The notes below the pieces were generated by a model. That model was given only the letters and a program-made list of their open reading frames with translations. It made no database searches and had not been told where the DNA came from. Positions 8,745-19,383 of a DNA stretch of 33,041 nt are shown one piece after another (within the stretch, counting starts at the first letter, position 1; each line of letters opens with the position of its first letter). The position numbers and the translations under genes were made by a program. Source of the DNA: Polaribacter sp. GTDB lineage: Bacteria > Bacteroidota > Bacteroidia > Flavobacteriales > Flavobacteriaceae. The stretch lies in contig JAQWOW010000168.1 in the NCBI GenBank assembly GCA_029245665.1, positions 1 to 33,041 of the forward strand, written 5' to 3'.

Positions 8745-9554
8745 TTATGAATTTGTTCTAAATTCTTCTTCCTCATCAGTAACTATCCCCAGAGCTTCAT
8801 GCACGTATTTGAAGGTAGATAGTAATTCTGGTTTTCCATTAACGATGGCTATATTGTGTTCAAAATGAGCGGAAGGCTTACTATCTAAAGTAGTAATAGT
8901 CCAACCATCATTGTGATGTCTGATTTTATGAGTTCCTAAATTGGTCATTGGCTCTATGGCAACAACCATTCCTTCTGTAAATTTTTTTCCTCTTCCTCTT
9001 TTCCCGTAATTAGGCATTTCTGGGTCTTCATGCATTTCTCTTCCCAATCCGTGTCCTACTAATTCTCGAACAACTCCGTACCCATGGTCTTCTGTAAATT
9101 TTTGAATGGCAAAACCAACATCGCCAACTCGATTGCCAACTTTAAACTCTCGAATGCCAACGTACAAGCTCTCTCTAGTTACCTCTAATAGCTTCTTAGT
9201 TTCTGCTGCAATTTCACCAACAGCAAATGTGTATGCATGATCTCCATAAAAGCCATTTTTTTTAGCCCCACAATCTATAGAAATAATATCTCCTTCTAGT
9301 AGAGGTTTTTTATTTGGAATACCATGTACAACTTGAGAATTAGGACTCATACAAAGTGTATTTGGAAAATCATATAATCCTAAAAATCCAGGAATAGCAC
9401 CTTCTGACCTGATGAAATCTTCTGCAAGTTTGTCTAAATATAAAGTAGAGATTCCAGGTTTTACTTCTTTTGCAAGCATGCCTAATGTCTTAGAAACGAT
9501 TAAAGCACTTTCGCGCATAATTTCTATTTCCTCTCTGTTTTTTATTTGAATCAT
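8745..9554 (-). CDS. map: Type I methionine aminopeptidase
   Basis: VVHGIP, DIISIDCG, GDHAYT, GHGLGREMHEDP, AIEPM, SAHFEH. Confidence 0.97.
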   Translation of the reverse strand: MIQIKNREEIEIMRESALIVSKTLGMLAKEVKPGISTLYLDKLAEDFIRSEGAIPGFLGLYDFPNTLCMSPNSQVVHGIPNKKPLLEGDIISIDCGAKKNGFYGDHAYTFAVGEIAAETKKLLEVTRESLYVGIREFKVGNRVGDVGFAIQKFTEDHGYGVVRELVGHGLGREMHEDPEMPNYGKRGRGKKFTEGMVVAIEPMTNLGTHKIRHHNDGWTITTLDSKPSAHFEHNIAIVNGKPELLSTFKYVHEALGIVTDEEEEFRTNS

Positions 9555-9610
9555 CTTAAAAAATTGAGCCGTAAAGTTACTACATTTTAGAGAACTAAAA
9601 GAACGATCTA

Positions 9611-10012
9611 TTATTTGAAAAAAGAGAAAAAACCTTTCCTCTTTCTTTGAGGTGGTTCATAGTTTAAAATGAGTTTATAAATAGCTGTCCACCCCAAAAA
9701 ACCGCCAATATTTCGATCGTCAATAAATAAATTTGCATTGATTTTACGACTGTATTTTTCCTCATAATTTTCTTCGGGAAAGCTTTTGTTTACAGCATAA
9801 AATTCGATTCCGTTTTCTTTACAGAAAGCTACGGCTTCTTCCAGTCTTTCGCCACTTCTATAGGTCCACAGAATTAAACGATGTCCTTCAGATTGTAGTT
9901 TTTTTAAGGTTTCAAATGCAAAAATCATAGGTTTTCCCACTTTTGGATATTTATCTTCCACAATGGTGCCGTCAAAATCTACTGCAATAATTAATGAGTT
10001 ATTTGGTATCAT
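9611..10012 (-). CDS. BT0820-like capless HAD phosphatase
   Basis: AVDFDGT (motif I), LWTYR (motif II), K...FIDDR (motifs III/IV); 133 aa. Confidence 0.88.
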   Translation of the reverse strand: MIPNNSLIIAVDFDGTIVEDKYPKVGKPMIFAFETLKKLQSEGHRLILWTYRSGERLEEAVAFCKENGIEFYAVNKSFPEENYEEKYSRKINANLFIDDRNIGGFLGWTAIYKLILNYEPPQRKRKGFFSFFK

Positions 10013-10536
10013 TAGTTTTCGTATGAATGTTTATAAGCTTTTTCTGAAACAATTTGTAGCATGTCTTTTTCTAGAGATTCTCTCGCGTATTCTACATATC
10101 TACCAATTTCCTTTCCTTGTTTGTAAAAAATAAAGGTTGGTACTTTTTTGATGTTAAAACCTTTTTGTAAGTTTTTAGGAGTTTTTTTATTTCTATTAAC
10201 GGCTATTAACTCTAAGTCTTTTGTATTGAAACCTATTTGATCTAAGATTTTAAAAAATTGTGGAACTTCTCTCTTGCTGTCACCACACCAAGAACCCATA
10301 AAGCCTTTAATTGTAATTCCTTTTATTTCTTTTTTAAGGGATGCAATCGATGATGAATCTGGTTTGTAGCCTTTGTAATTCTTGTCAAACCACCCTTTAT
10401 ATGGTTCTTGATTGAAAGATTTTCTCTCCGAGAAACCAATTAAATCAATAGTTCTATTTTTTTCCGATGTCACTTTTTGCTTTATCTTACAAGAAGATAG
10501 TGCGATTAGGATAGTAACTAAAAATAGTTTTTTCAT
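10012..10536 (-). CDS. Thioredoxin-family lipoprotein (CxxS)
   Basis: Lipobox LSSC; FMGSWCGDS; cis-Pro motif VPTF. Confidence 0.85.
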   Translation of the reverse strand: MKKLFLVTILIALSSCKIKQKVTSEKNRTIDLIGFSERKSFNQEPYKGWFDKNYKGYKPDSSSIASLKKEIKGITIKGFMGSWCGDSKREVPQFFKILDQIGFNTKDLELIAVNRNKKTPKNLQKGFNIKKVPTFIFYKQGKEIGRYVEYARESLEKDMLQIVSEKAYKHSYEN

Positions 10537-10550
10537 TTTTAAAGATGAAA

Positions 10551-12068
10551 TTATAATAATGAACTTTGCGTCATTTCTTTGGGTTGTTTTACACCCATTA
10601 AATCTAAAATTGTAGGAGCAATATCTCCTAATATACCATTTTTTATTGTTTTAATTTCTTTATCGATTAGAATAAAAGGTACAGGATTTGTAGTGTGTGC
10701 AGTATGTGGAGATCCATCAGGGTTCATCATTGTTTCACAGTTACCATGATCTGCAATTAGTAGTATGGAGTATCCGTTTTCTAAACCAGTCTCTATAACT
10801 TCTTGAGCACATTTGTCTACAGCTTCACAGGCTTTTATTGCTGCCTCCATAATGCCTGTATGGCCAACCATATCTCCGTTTGCAAAATTCAAACAAACAA
10901 AATCAGCTTCTCCTTTTTCTAAATCTTCGCACAAAGCATCTTTTAATTCAAAGGCACTCATTTCGGGTTTTAAGTCGTAAGTAGCTACTTTTGGTGAGTT
11001 TCTTAGGATTCTAGCTTCTCCTTTAAAAGGGGCTTCTTGTCCACCAGAAAAAAAGAAAGTTACGTGAGGGTACTTTTCGGTTTCTGCAATTCTAATTTGT
11101 TTTTTTCCTGCTTTAGATAATACTTCACCTAAGGTATTTTTAATATTATCTGTATTGTAAATAACATTTACCCCTTTAAAATTCTCGTCATATAAGGTAA
11201 TTGTTGTGAAATAAAGTTCTAATTTTTTCATTCCATATTCTGGAAAATCGTTTTGAGACAGTGCGTTCGTTAATTCTCTACCTCTATCAGTTCTGTAGTT
11301 AAAGAAAAGCACAACATCGCCTTCTTTTATCTGAGATTTTGGAGAGCCATCTTCATTTGCAACAATGATAGATTTATGAAATTCATCTGTAATTCCGGCT
11401 TCATAATTTTTATTCATTTCAGCAATTGGGTCTGTTGTTTTTAAACCAATTCCATTTACAACACCATCATAGGCTTCTTTGACACGTTCCCATCGATTGT
11501 CTCTATCCATTGCATAGTAACGTCCGGTAACAGAGGCTAATTCTCCGGTACTTTCTTTCATGTATTCTTGGATTTCGTTGACAAAATAAGTTCCAGATTT
11601 CGGGTCACAATCACGACCATCTGTGAATGCATGTAAATACACATTCTCTACCTGATTTTCTTTTGCAACATCTAATAATCCTTTTAAATGATTAATATGA
11701 GCATGTATTCCACCATTAGAAAGTAAGCCTAATAAATGAACATCTTTTTGATTCTCTTTTGCATACTTATAGGTGTCTAGTAATACTTTTTCACTGCCAA
11801 GTGTTTTTTCTTTAACCGCTTTGTTTATGCGAGCTAAATTCTGATAGACTATTCTACCAGCACCTAAATTCATGTGGCCAACCTCAGAATTTCCCATTTG
11901 TCCCTCGGGTAACCCAACATGTTCTCCATCGGTTCTTAATTTTGCGTTCGGATATTTAGTATATAAACTATTAATATATGGTGTTTTTGCATTGTAAATA
12001 GCAGAGACTTTTGGATCTTGAGTGATTCCCCAGCCATCTAGAATCATAAGTATAACTTTCTTATTCAT
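10551..12068 (-). CDS. gpmI: 2,3-bisphosphoglycerate-independent phosphoglycerate mutase
   Basis: ILDGWG, MGNSEVGH, TDGRD, GRYYAMDRD, DMVGHTG, ADHGN, HTAHT. Confidence 0.98.
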   Translation of the reverse strand: MNKKVILMILDGWGITQDPKVSAIYNAKTPYINSLYTKYPNAKLRTDGEHVGLPEGQMGNSEVGHMNLGAGRIVYQNLARINKAVKEKTLGSEKVLLDTYKYAKENQKDVHLLGLLSNGGIHAHINHLKGLLDVAKENQVENVYLHAFTDGRDCDPKSGTYFVNEIQEYMKESTGELASVTGRYYAMDRDNRWERVKEAYDGVVNGIGLKTTDPIAEMNKNYEAGITDEFHKSIIVANEDGSPKSQIKEGDVVLFFNYRTDRGRELTNALSQNDFPEYGMKKLELYFTTITLYDENFKGVNVIYNTDNIKNTLGEVLSKAGKKQIRIAETEKYPHVTFFFSGGQEAPFKGEARILRNSPKVATYDLKPEMSAFELKDALCEDLEKGEADFVCLNFANGDMVGHTGIMEAAIKACEAVDKCAQEVIETGLENGYSILLIADHGNCETMMNPDGSPHTAHTTNPVPFILIDKEIKTIKNGILGDIAPTILDLMGVKQPKEMTQSSLL

Positions 12069-12133
12069 TATTTTAATTAATTAAAATTTAAGAGTAAAAA
12101 TAAGAAAGATTTTTGGCTTGATTTTAATTTTTT

Positions 12134-12151
12134 TACGAAACCGATAGCGTA
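12134..12151. promoter_or_regulatory. Candidate LacI-family operator TACGAAACCGATAGCGTA
   Basis: Imperfect palindrome with central CG and TACG/CGTA ends, in the divergent gpmI-phhA spacer; resembles the general LacI-family operator pattern. Confidence 0.35.
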
Positions 12152-12336
12152 GACCCTCTTTCTTAAATATGACGATTAAAGAGTGTTTATAGATATGATT
12201 TTTGGCGTTTAAGATCATTTTTAACAATTGTTTTTTTAATTATGATAACCATATTTAATTGAAGTTTTAACAGCTAAAAAGTGTATATTCATCATTTTAA
12301 TGCGTATTATTGTAAGAATAATTCAATAAAGTTTAG

Positions 12337-14082
12337 ATGATTCTCCATTTTGAATTGAACGAAGTCACTAAAAAATTACCCAAACATTTGCATAAGTTTG
12401 TGGTAAAACAACCTTATGAGGAGTATACGGCTCAAAACCAAGCTGTTTGGCGATATGTAATGAGAATGAATGTAGAATATCTAAGCAGGGTAGCACACAG
12501 GTCATATTTGAGTGGTTTAGAGAAAACAGGTATCTCTTCAGAAAATATCCCTTATTTAGAAGGGATGAATAGAATTTTAAAAGAAATAGGATGGGCTGCT
12601 GTTTCTGTTGATGGTTTTATTCCTCCAAACGCTTTTATGGAATTTCAAGCCTATAATGTCTTGGTAATAGCTTCAGACATAAGAACTATTGATCACATAG
12701 AATATACTCCTGCACCTGACATTATTCATGAAGCTGCAGGTCATGCGCCAATTATTTCTAATCCAGAATATGCAGCATATTTAAGAAGATTCGGAGAAAT
12801 AGGAAGTAAAGCAATTTCATCTTCTAAAGATTATGAGATGTATGAAGCGATCCGGCTTTTATCAATTTTAAAAGAAGACCCACACTCCACAAAGAAAGAG
12901 ATAAAAATTGCTCAAGAGAAAGTTGAGTATCTTCAAAATAACATGGGTGAACTATCGGAGATGGCACAAATTAGAAATTTACATTGGTGGACAGTAGAAT
13001 ATGGTTTGATAGGAACTCTAGGAAATCCAAAGATCTATGGAGCCGGTTTACTTTCCTCAATTGGAGAAAGCACTTGGTGCATGCAAAAACAAGTTAAAAA
13101 ATTGCCCTATACGATTGATACAGCAACTATAAATTTTGACATAACTAAGCCTCAACCACAATTATTTGTAACACCAAATTTTGCTCATTTAAGTCTCGTT
13201 TTAAATGAGTTTGCGAATACGATGGCCATGAGAAAAGGAGGCATAAAAGGTGTTCGAAAATTAATTAATTCAGAAAATTTAGGAACGATCGAATTAACAA
13301 CGGGCATTCAAATTTCTGGTATTTTTACGAAAGTAATTGAACACATGAATAAAGTAGCTTATTTTCAAACAATTGGGCCAACAGCTTTAGCAAATAGGGA
13401 TAAAGAATTAATTAGTCACGGAATAACAAATCATGCAAAAGGTTTTGGAAGTCCTGTTGGAAAGTTAAAAGGAATTAATTTACCAATTGAAGATATGAGT
13501 CCCAGAGACCTAAAAGCATATGGGATATACGAAGGTGAACAGAAAACCTTAGAATTTGAAAGTGGAATCGTTATAAGAGGAAGAGTCATTACGGGAACTA
13601 GAGATTTAAGAGGTAAGATTTTAATTATTTCTTTTGATAATTGTACAGTTACTCATAAGGATGAAATTTTGTTCGAATCAGATTGGGGTATCTATGATAT
13701 GGTCATAGGGAAAGCAGTAGTTTCTGCTTATGCAGGTCCTGCCGATGTTAATTCTTTTCTAGAACTAGGCAAAGTATCAGAAACAAAAACACCTAAAATT
13801 TCCTATTCAAATAAAGAGCAGTTATTAAATAAGCTGTATGCCGAAGTTAAAAATATGCGAGAAGAAAATACTTCAACAAATAAAAAAATAACAGAAATAT
13901 TTAATCAGTTAAAAACTCAATTTCAGTTAGATTGGTTATTGATTTTAGAATTATATGAATTAGCTTTGCAAAATAATTACATGATAAAATCTGCTATTTT
14001 ACAGAAACTTGAACAATTGAAGAACAATAAAAGTTTCACTAGGTTAATTGAAAACGGATTAGTTTTGTGTAAAAAACACTAA
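12337..14082 (+). CDS. phhA: Aromatic amino acid hydroxylase (phenylalanine 4-monooxygenase, long form)
   Basis: Iron ligands in PDIIHEAAGH and WWTVEYGL; IYGAGLLSSIGE; long C-terminal extension. Confidence 0.9.
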   Translation: MILHFELNEVTKKLPKHLHKFVVKQPYEEYTAQNQAVWRYVMRMNVEYLSRVAHRSYLSGLEKTGISSENIPYLEGMNRILKEIGWAAVSVDGFIPPNAFMEFQAYNVLVIASDIRTIDHIEYTPAPDIIHEAAGHAPIISNPEYAAYLRRFGEIGSKAISSSKDYEMYEAIRLLSILKEDPHSTKKEIKIAQEKVEYLQNNMGELSEMAQIRNLHWWTVEYGLIGTLGNPKIYGAGLLSSIGESTWCMQKQVKKLPYTIDTATINFDITKPQPQLFVTPNFAHLSLVLNEFANTMAMRKGGIKGVRKLINSENLGTIELTTGIQISGIFTKVIEHMNKVAYFQTIGPTALANRDKELISHGITNHAKGFGSPVGKLKGINLPIEDMSPRDLKAYGIYEGEQKTLEFESGIVIRGRVITGTRDLRGKILIISFDNCTVTHKDEILFESDWGIYDMVIGKAVVSAYAGPADVNSFLELGKVSETKTPKISYSNKEQLLNKLYAEVKNMREENTSTNKKITEIFNQLKTQFQLDWLLILELYELALQNNYMIKSAILQKLEQLKNNKSFTRLIENGLVLCKKH

Positions 14083-14121
14083 AATTGTGTTGGTTTACTT
14101 AACACTTTTAAGAGAAAAAAT

Positions 14122-14406
14122 ATGGGCGAAGAAATTAAAAAATATCTAGAAAAAGGAGCTGTTGTTTTAGATGTAAGAACACAACAAGAATGGGACGAAG
14201 GTCACACAGAAGGTGCAGAACATATTGTTTTAACACTTATTCCTTCAGAAATAGATAAAATTAAATCTTGGAATAAGTCAGTTATAGCTGTTTGTAGAAG
14301 TGGTGGCAGAAGTGGTCAAGCAACCGATTTCTTAAAGAGTAATGGGGTTGATATTATTAACGGAGGTCCTTGGCAAAATGTAGATCAATACGTTGATAAA
14401 TTATAA
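14122..14406 (+). CDS. Single-domain rhodanese
   Basis: LDVRTQQEWDEGH; active loop CRSGGRS; NGG. Confidence 0.9.
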   Translation: MGEEIKKYLEKGAVVLDVRTQQEWDEGHTEGAEHIVLTLIPSEIDKIKSWNKSVIAVCRSGGRSGQATDFLKSNGVDIINGGPWQNVDQYVDKL

Positions 14407-14609
14407 TTATAGAAGCCTTTCAACGATTTTTTTTAGGTTTTCTGTAAGCGTAAATTTCTACTAAGTATAGCATCAATAAGGTTCCCATTGACATGGGTTC
14501 AAAATAATTACATGCAATCCTACATTTATATAAAACCGATTCTTTTACTCGCTTCATTTATCGTAAGAAAAGTATGATGATTTTTTATTGATGTTGATAA
14601 AGAACCGTT

Positions 14610-15557
14610 TTAAAAATTAATGAAAGGAAATTGAGTTCTTATCTTTTCTTTTTTACTCTCTAGGTTTTGTAGAAAATTTTGGTGTTTTTCTGAGTTTTTA
14701 TCAAAGGGTTTATGTGCCATTCCTTTTTGAATTAATTCAATTTCTTTCATTATTGACCCTGTGTTTTCCTCAAACCAAGTTTCATTAAATTTTTCCCAAA
14801 TGTAGTTTATTGCAATTTTATTAGGGTGTATCATATCTTCAGAATAAAACCGGTAATCTCTCAATTCATCCATCATAATTTCATAAGAAGGAAAATAAGA
14901 TACATTTTTACAATCAACGATGTTATGTATTGCTGCAATTAAGTGAGATTTACTTTGTGTATTTTCTATAAAACCATCTTTTAAATGTCTGATAGGAGAA
15001 ACGGTAAAAAGAACGTTTATATCTTTATTTATTGATTTTAAAAGAGAAATAATAGTTTTTAAACTTTTATTTATTTCAACAATAGAAAGTAATTCTTTTG
15101 AAAATTTTTTTTGTGGAATTTTATGACAATTTGCAACTACAGCATCTGTTTCTATAGATCGATAAACCCAAGATGTTCCTAGAGTGATTATAATATGAGT
15201 TGCTTTTTTAAGTTTTTTATTTGTTGCCTGAACGGAAGAGTTTAATTTCTTTAAAAGGATTTCTTGATTGGATGAACTTAAATTAGAATGCGCATCAAAA
15301 GAATGCCAACGTTCATCTTGGAAAATTAAATCTTTAGAGACATATTCTTTTTTATTGATTGCATTTGTGATTAGATTTTCTATTGCTTTTGGATGAAATA
15401 AAATTCCGAATGGGTTTTGATGCGTTTGAAATTTAAAATAAGTTAGTTTATTGCCAATATTTTTTGAAAAACAAGAACCTAATAAAACAAGTTTAGAATT
15501 GTAGTTTATCCTGTTTTTTGTTTCTTTTTTTAGTATAATTTTAGTTTGCAGATTCAT
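14610..15557 (-). CDS. GSCFA-domain protein (SGNH-hydrolase-like)
   Basis: LGSCFS, NPFGILFHP, ITLGTSW, TVSPIRH, YFPSYE, DMIHP. Confidence 0.9.
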   Translation of the reverse strand: MNLQTKIILKKETKNRINYNSKLVLLGSCFSKNIGNKLTYFKFQTHQNPFGILFHPKAIENLITNAINKKEYVSKDLIFQDERWHSFDAHSNLSSSNQEILLKKLNSSVQATNKKLKKATHIIITLGTSWVYRSIETDAVVANCHKIPQKKFSKELLSIVEINKSLKTIISLLKSINKDINVLFTVSPIRHLKDGFIENTQSKSHLIAAIHNIVDCKNVSYFPSYEIMMDELRDYRFYSEDMIHPNKIAINYIWEKFNETWFEENTGSIMKEIELIQKGMAHKPFDKNSEKHQNFLQNLESKKEKIRTQFPFINF

Positions 15558-15635
15558 TTAATAATGTTTTTGAAACCATAAATTAAAGAACTCCTATTAT
15601 GTAGGAAGGTCTTAAGATAAAAAAGGGGATTACAG

Positions 15636-18251
15636 TTACACAAGATATGCTCTTGTTTTTTCTAGAGCTTTTTGAATCCCCGCTGGATTTTTTCCGCCGG
15701 CAGTTGCAAAGAAATTTTGTCCGCCGCCGCCGCCATGAATTAACTTACCCAACTCTCTAACTACTCTTCCTGCATCGTAACCTCGTTCGGTTACTAGCTC
15801 TTTAGAAATATAACACGTTAACATAGCTTTGCCTTCTGATGGAGTAGACGCAAATAATAAAAATAAATTTTTATGTTCTTTTCCAATGCTAAAAGCTAGG
15901 TTTTTAATTCCGTTTGCATCTAAATCTATTTTTGTTGCTAAAAATTGAACACCGTTAATTTCTTGTAATTGATTTTTTAATTCTCCAGACAAATTTTGTG
16001 CTTTCTCTTTAAGCAATTGTTCAATTTGTTTTTGCAAAGAAGCGTTTTCCTCCTGAAGTTTCTGAACTGCTTTCGCAGGGTTTTTAGCATTACTTAGTAA
16101 ATTTTTAATTTCAAATAGAGTACTGTTATTTTCTAAATAAAAACTTTTCACGGCATCATTGGTAATGGCTTCAATTCTTCTAATTCCTGCGGCTACCGCA
16201 CCTTCAGATGTAATTTTAAAATGCCAAATATCTCCGGTATTTTTTACATGAGTTCCACCACACAATTCAATCGATTGTCCAAATTTAATAGCTCTAACGG
16301 TATCGCCATATTTTTCCCCAAATAAAGCCATGGCACCTTCATCAATTGCTTGTTGCATGGGTATATTTCTTTTTTCTATCAAAGGTAGTTTTCCAGAAAT
16401 ACGTGCATTTACGAAGTTTTCTACATCCTGTAATTCATCAACGGATAATTTAGAAAAATGAGAAAAATCGAAGCGTAAATATTTAGAGTGAACAGCGGAC
16501 CCTTTTTGTTCAACATGGGTTCCTAAAACTTCTCTTAATGCTTGATGCAAAAGATGCGTTGCTGTATGGTTGCACTCTGTTCTATATCGCTGTTTAGCGT
16601 CTACAACAGCGTTTAAAGTTTCATTTAAGTGTCTGGGTAGGTTTTTTGAAAAGTGAATAATTACATTGTTTTCTTTTTTGGTATCTAAAATATAAACGAC
16701 ATCACCATTCGGAACTTCTAAATATCCTTTGTCGCCAACTTGTCCTCCCCCTTCCGGGTAAAAAGGAGTTAAATTAAATACAAGTTGATACATTTCTCCC
16801 TCTTTTTTAGAGTTAACTTTTCTATATTTTGTTAATTTTACTTTCGCTTCTAGAGCATCATACCCTATGAATTCTTCTTCAGCATCATTCAATAAAATCG
16901 TCCAATCATCAGTAGACATTTCACTGGCAGCCCTCGACCTATTTTTTTGTTTCTCAAGTTTTATTTCAAATCCTTTTTGGTCTAGGGTCAACCCCTTTTC
17001 AGAAAGAATTAAAGAGGTTAAATCTATAGGGAAGCCATAAGTATCATACAATTCAAAAGCTTTATCACCCGAGACTTCATTTCCGGTAGTATTTTCTATA
17101 ATTCTATCTAACAAAAGCAATCCTTGATCTAAAGTTCTTAAGAATGATGTTTCTTCTTCTTTAATTACATTTTCAATCAATTGTTTTTGAGCGTTTAATT
17201 CAGGAAAAGCGGTTCCCATTTTTTCACTCAAAATATTTACTAACCTATGAATAAACGGCTCTTTTTTATTTAGAAATGTAAATCCGTAACGAACGGCTCT
17301 TCTCAAGATTCTTCGAATAACGTAGCCAGCACCAGTATTACTTGGTAATTGCCCATCTGCAATAGAAAATGCAACTGCTCTCACATGATCAGAAATCACA
17401 CGAATTGCAATATCTTGCTTTAAATCCACTCCATATTTTACATCGGTAATCGTTTCGATTTCTCTAATTATTGGTGTAAAAACATCAGTATCATAATTAG
17501 ATGTAACCCCCTGCATTACCATACATAAGCGTTCAAAGCCCATACCTGTATCTATATGCTTGTTTGGTAAATCTTCTAAAGAACCATTTGCTTTTCTGTT
17601 GTATTGCATAAAAACTAAGTTCCAGATTTCTACCACTTGAGGATGGTCTTTATTCACTAAATCTTTACCATCAAGGGTTGCTTTTTCTTCTGCAGAACGA
17701 ATGTCTACATGAATTTCAGAGCAGGGGCCACAAGGTCCTTGATCTCCCATTTCCCAGAAATTATCTTTTTTATTTCCCTTTAAAATTCGGTCTTCAGAAA
17801 TAAATTGTTTCCATAAATCATAAGCTTCCGTATCCATTTTTAAGTGATCATCATCAGATCCCTCAAAAACTGTGACGTATAAAATATCCTTATCAATTTT
17901 ATATACTTCGGTCAATAATTCCCATGCCCAAGCAATAGCATCTTTTTTAAAGTAATCACCAAAAGACCAATTTCCTAACATCTCAAATAAAGTATGGTGA
18001 TAAGTATCATAACCAACTTCTTCTAGATCATTGTGTTTCCCTGAAACACGCAAACATTTTTGAGAATCGGATATTCTACTTTTTTTAGGAGTACCGCTAC
18101 CTAAGAAATATTCTTTAAATGGTGCCATTCCAGAATTTACAAACATTAAAGTAGGGTCATCCTTTGTTACCATTGGTGAAGAAGGCAAAATTAAATGCCC
18201 TTTTTCTTGGAAAAAGTTTAAAAAAGTAGAACGAATATCTTGTGATTTCAT
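15636..18251 (-). CDS. alaS: Alanine--tRNA ligase
   Basis: [26 protein letters not shown], editing motifs HTATH and CGGTH, GGGGG in the C-Ala domain. Start set at MKSQDIR (18251). Confidence 0.99.
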   Translation of the reverse strand: MKSQDIRSTFLNFFQEKGHLILPSSPMVTKDDPTLMFVNSGMAPFKEYFLGSGTPKKSRISDSQKCLRVSGKHNDLEEVGYDTYHHTLFEMLGNWSFGDYFKKDAIAWAWELLTEVYKIDKDILYVTVFEGSDDDHLKMDTEAYDLWKQFISEDRILKGNKKDNFWEMGDQGPCGPCSEIHVDIRSAEEKATLDGKDLVNKDHPQVVEIWNLVFMQYNRKANGSLEDLPNKHIDTGMGFERLCMVMQGVTSNYDTDVFTPIIREIETITDVKYGVDLKQDIAIRVISDHVRAVAFSIADGQLPSNTGAGYVIRRILRRAVRYGFTFLNKKEPFIHRLVNILSEKMGTAFPELNAQKQLIENVIKEEETSFLRTLDQGLLLLDRIIENTTGNEVSGDKAFELYDTYGFPIDLTSLILSEKGLTLDQKGFEIKLEKQKNRSRAASEMSTDDWTILLNDAEEEFIGYDALEAKVKLTKYRKVNSKKEGEMYQLVFNLTPFYPEGGGQVGDKGYLEVPNGDVVYILDTKKENNVIIHFSKNLPRHLNETLNAVVDAKQRYRTECNHTATHLLHQALREVLGTHVEQKGSAVHSKYLRFDFSHFSKLSVDELQDVENFVNARISGKLPLIEKRNIPMQQAIDEGAMALFGEKYGDTVRAIKFGQSIELCGGTHVKNTGDIWHFKITSEGAVAAGIRRIEAITNDAVKSFYLENNSTLFEIKNLLSNAKNPAKAVQKLQEENASLQKQIEQLLKEKAQNLSGELKNQLQEINGVQFLATKIDLDANGIKNLAFSIGKEHKNLFLLFASTPSEGKAMLTCYISKELVTERGYDAGRVVRELGKLIHGGGGGQNFFATAGGKNPAGIQKALEKTRAYLV

Positions 18252-18335
18252 ACAAACAGAAGTTTCCAATAACTGGTATTAAATTAATTTATTTTAATAA
18301 AAACTGCAAAAAAAAGCGGTTGTAAAAACATTTTG

Positions 18336-18343
18336 TAAATTTG
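18336..18343 (+). promoter_or_regulatory. -7 element (TAAATTTG) for the M23-merR transcription unit
   Basis: Exact TAnnTTTG match about 68 nt upstream of the ATG at 18412. Confidence 0.5.
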
Positions 18344-18363
18344 TGATTACTGATAATGAATTT

Positions 18364-18397
18364 CAAATATAAAACTCTCTTCAAGAGTACAAAAATA
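18364..18397 (-). promoter_or_regulatory. Two candidate -7 elements for alaS (TATATTTG at 18364-18371; TATTTTTG at 18390-18397)
   Basis: Exact TAnnTTTG matches on the minus strand, pointing toward alaS. Confidence 0.45.
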
Positions 18398-18411
18398 GTA
18401 TATTTAGAATT

Positions 18412-19383
18412 ATGGCAAAAGTAAAATATTATTACGATACAGATACGCTGTCTTACAGGAAAATTGAAGTAAAAAAAAGCGATTATTATAAGAGGAGTAT
18501 TATAGGGGTATTGGCAGTTGTACTAATTGCTTTTTTTGGTTTTATTGGTTTTAGCCAGTTTTTAATGTCTCCAAATGAAAGGTCTCAAAAAAGAGAGCTT
18601 GATAATTTAAAATTACATTTTGAAATCATTGAAAAAAGATTGGCAGAAAGTTCAAAAGTATTGGCACAATTACAAGAGCGAGACAATACAATTTATCGTG
18701 TTTATTTTGAAGCGAATCCAATACCAGATGAACAGAGAAAAGCTGGTTTTGGAGGGGTAAATCGTTATAAGTACATAGACGGGTTTGACAACTCTGCCAT
18801 GATTGAAAAAGTAACAAGAGAGTTGGATATTTTATCGAAGCAAATGGTGGTGCAATCGAAATCTTTAGATGAAATTGTTGTATTGGCAAAAAATAAAAAA
18901 GAAATGTTAGCTTCGATACCAGCAATTCAGCCAGTTGCAAATAAAGAATTGAAACGAATGGCTTCTGGCTATGGTTATCGAATACATCCAATATACAAAA
19001 CTAGAAAGTTTCATTGGGGAATGGATTTTTCTGCTCCAAGAGGAACACCCGTCTATGCCACCGGAAATGGAAAAATTGAGAAAGTTAAACGATCTAGAAG
19101 AGGCTATGGAAACCAAGTGAAAATAGATCATGGATTTGGGTATAAAACTTTTTATGCGCATTTAGAAAAATACACCGTTCGTAAAAATCAAAAAGTAAAA
19201 CGAGGAGATTTGATTGGTTATGTTGGCACTTCAGGAACCTCTACAGCACCTCATTTGCATTATGAAGTGATTAAAGGAAATAGAAAATTAAACCCTGTCT
19301 ATTTTTATTTTAGTGATTTAACTCCAGAGGAATATGATAGAATGTTAGAATTGGCATCACAAGAAAATCAATCATTAGACTAA
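18412..19383 (+). CDS. M23-family metallopeptidase (MepM/NlpD-like)
   Basis: N-terminal TM helix and coiled coil; zinc motifs HWGMD and HLH; YAHL. Confidence 0.93.
   Translation: MAKVKYYYDTDTLSYRKIEVKKSDYYKRSIIGVLAVVLIAFFGFIGFSQFLMSPNERSQKRELDNLKLHFEIIEKRLAESSKVLAQLQERDNTIYRVYFEANPIPDEQRKAGFGGVNRYKYIDGFDNSAMIEKVTRELDILSKQMVVQSKSLDEIVVLAKNKKEMLASIPAIQPVANKELKRMASGYGYRIHPIYKTRKFHWGMDFSAPRGTPVYATGNGKIEKVKRSRRGYGNQVKIDHGFGYKTFYAHLEKYTVRKNQKVKRGDLIGYVGTSGTSTAPHLHYEVIKGNRKLNPVYFYFSDLTPEEYDRMLELASQENQSLD

Noticed and set aside
15586-15613. Terminator after alaS (TCCTA/TAGGA stem)
   Set aside because: The stem is short and mismatched with no clean T-tract.
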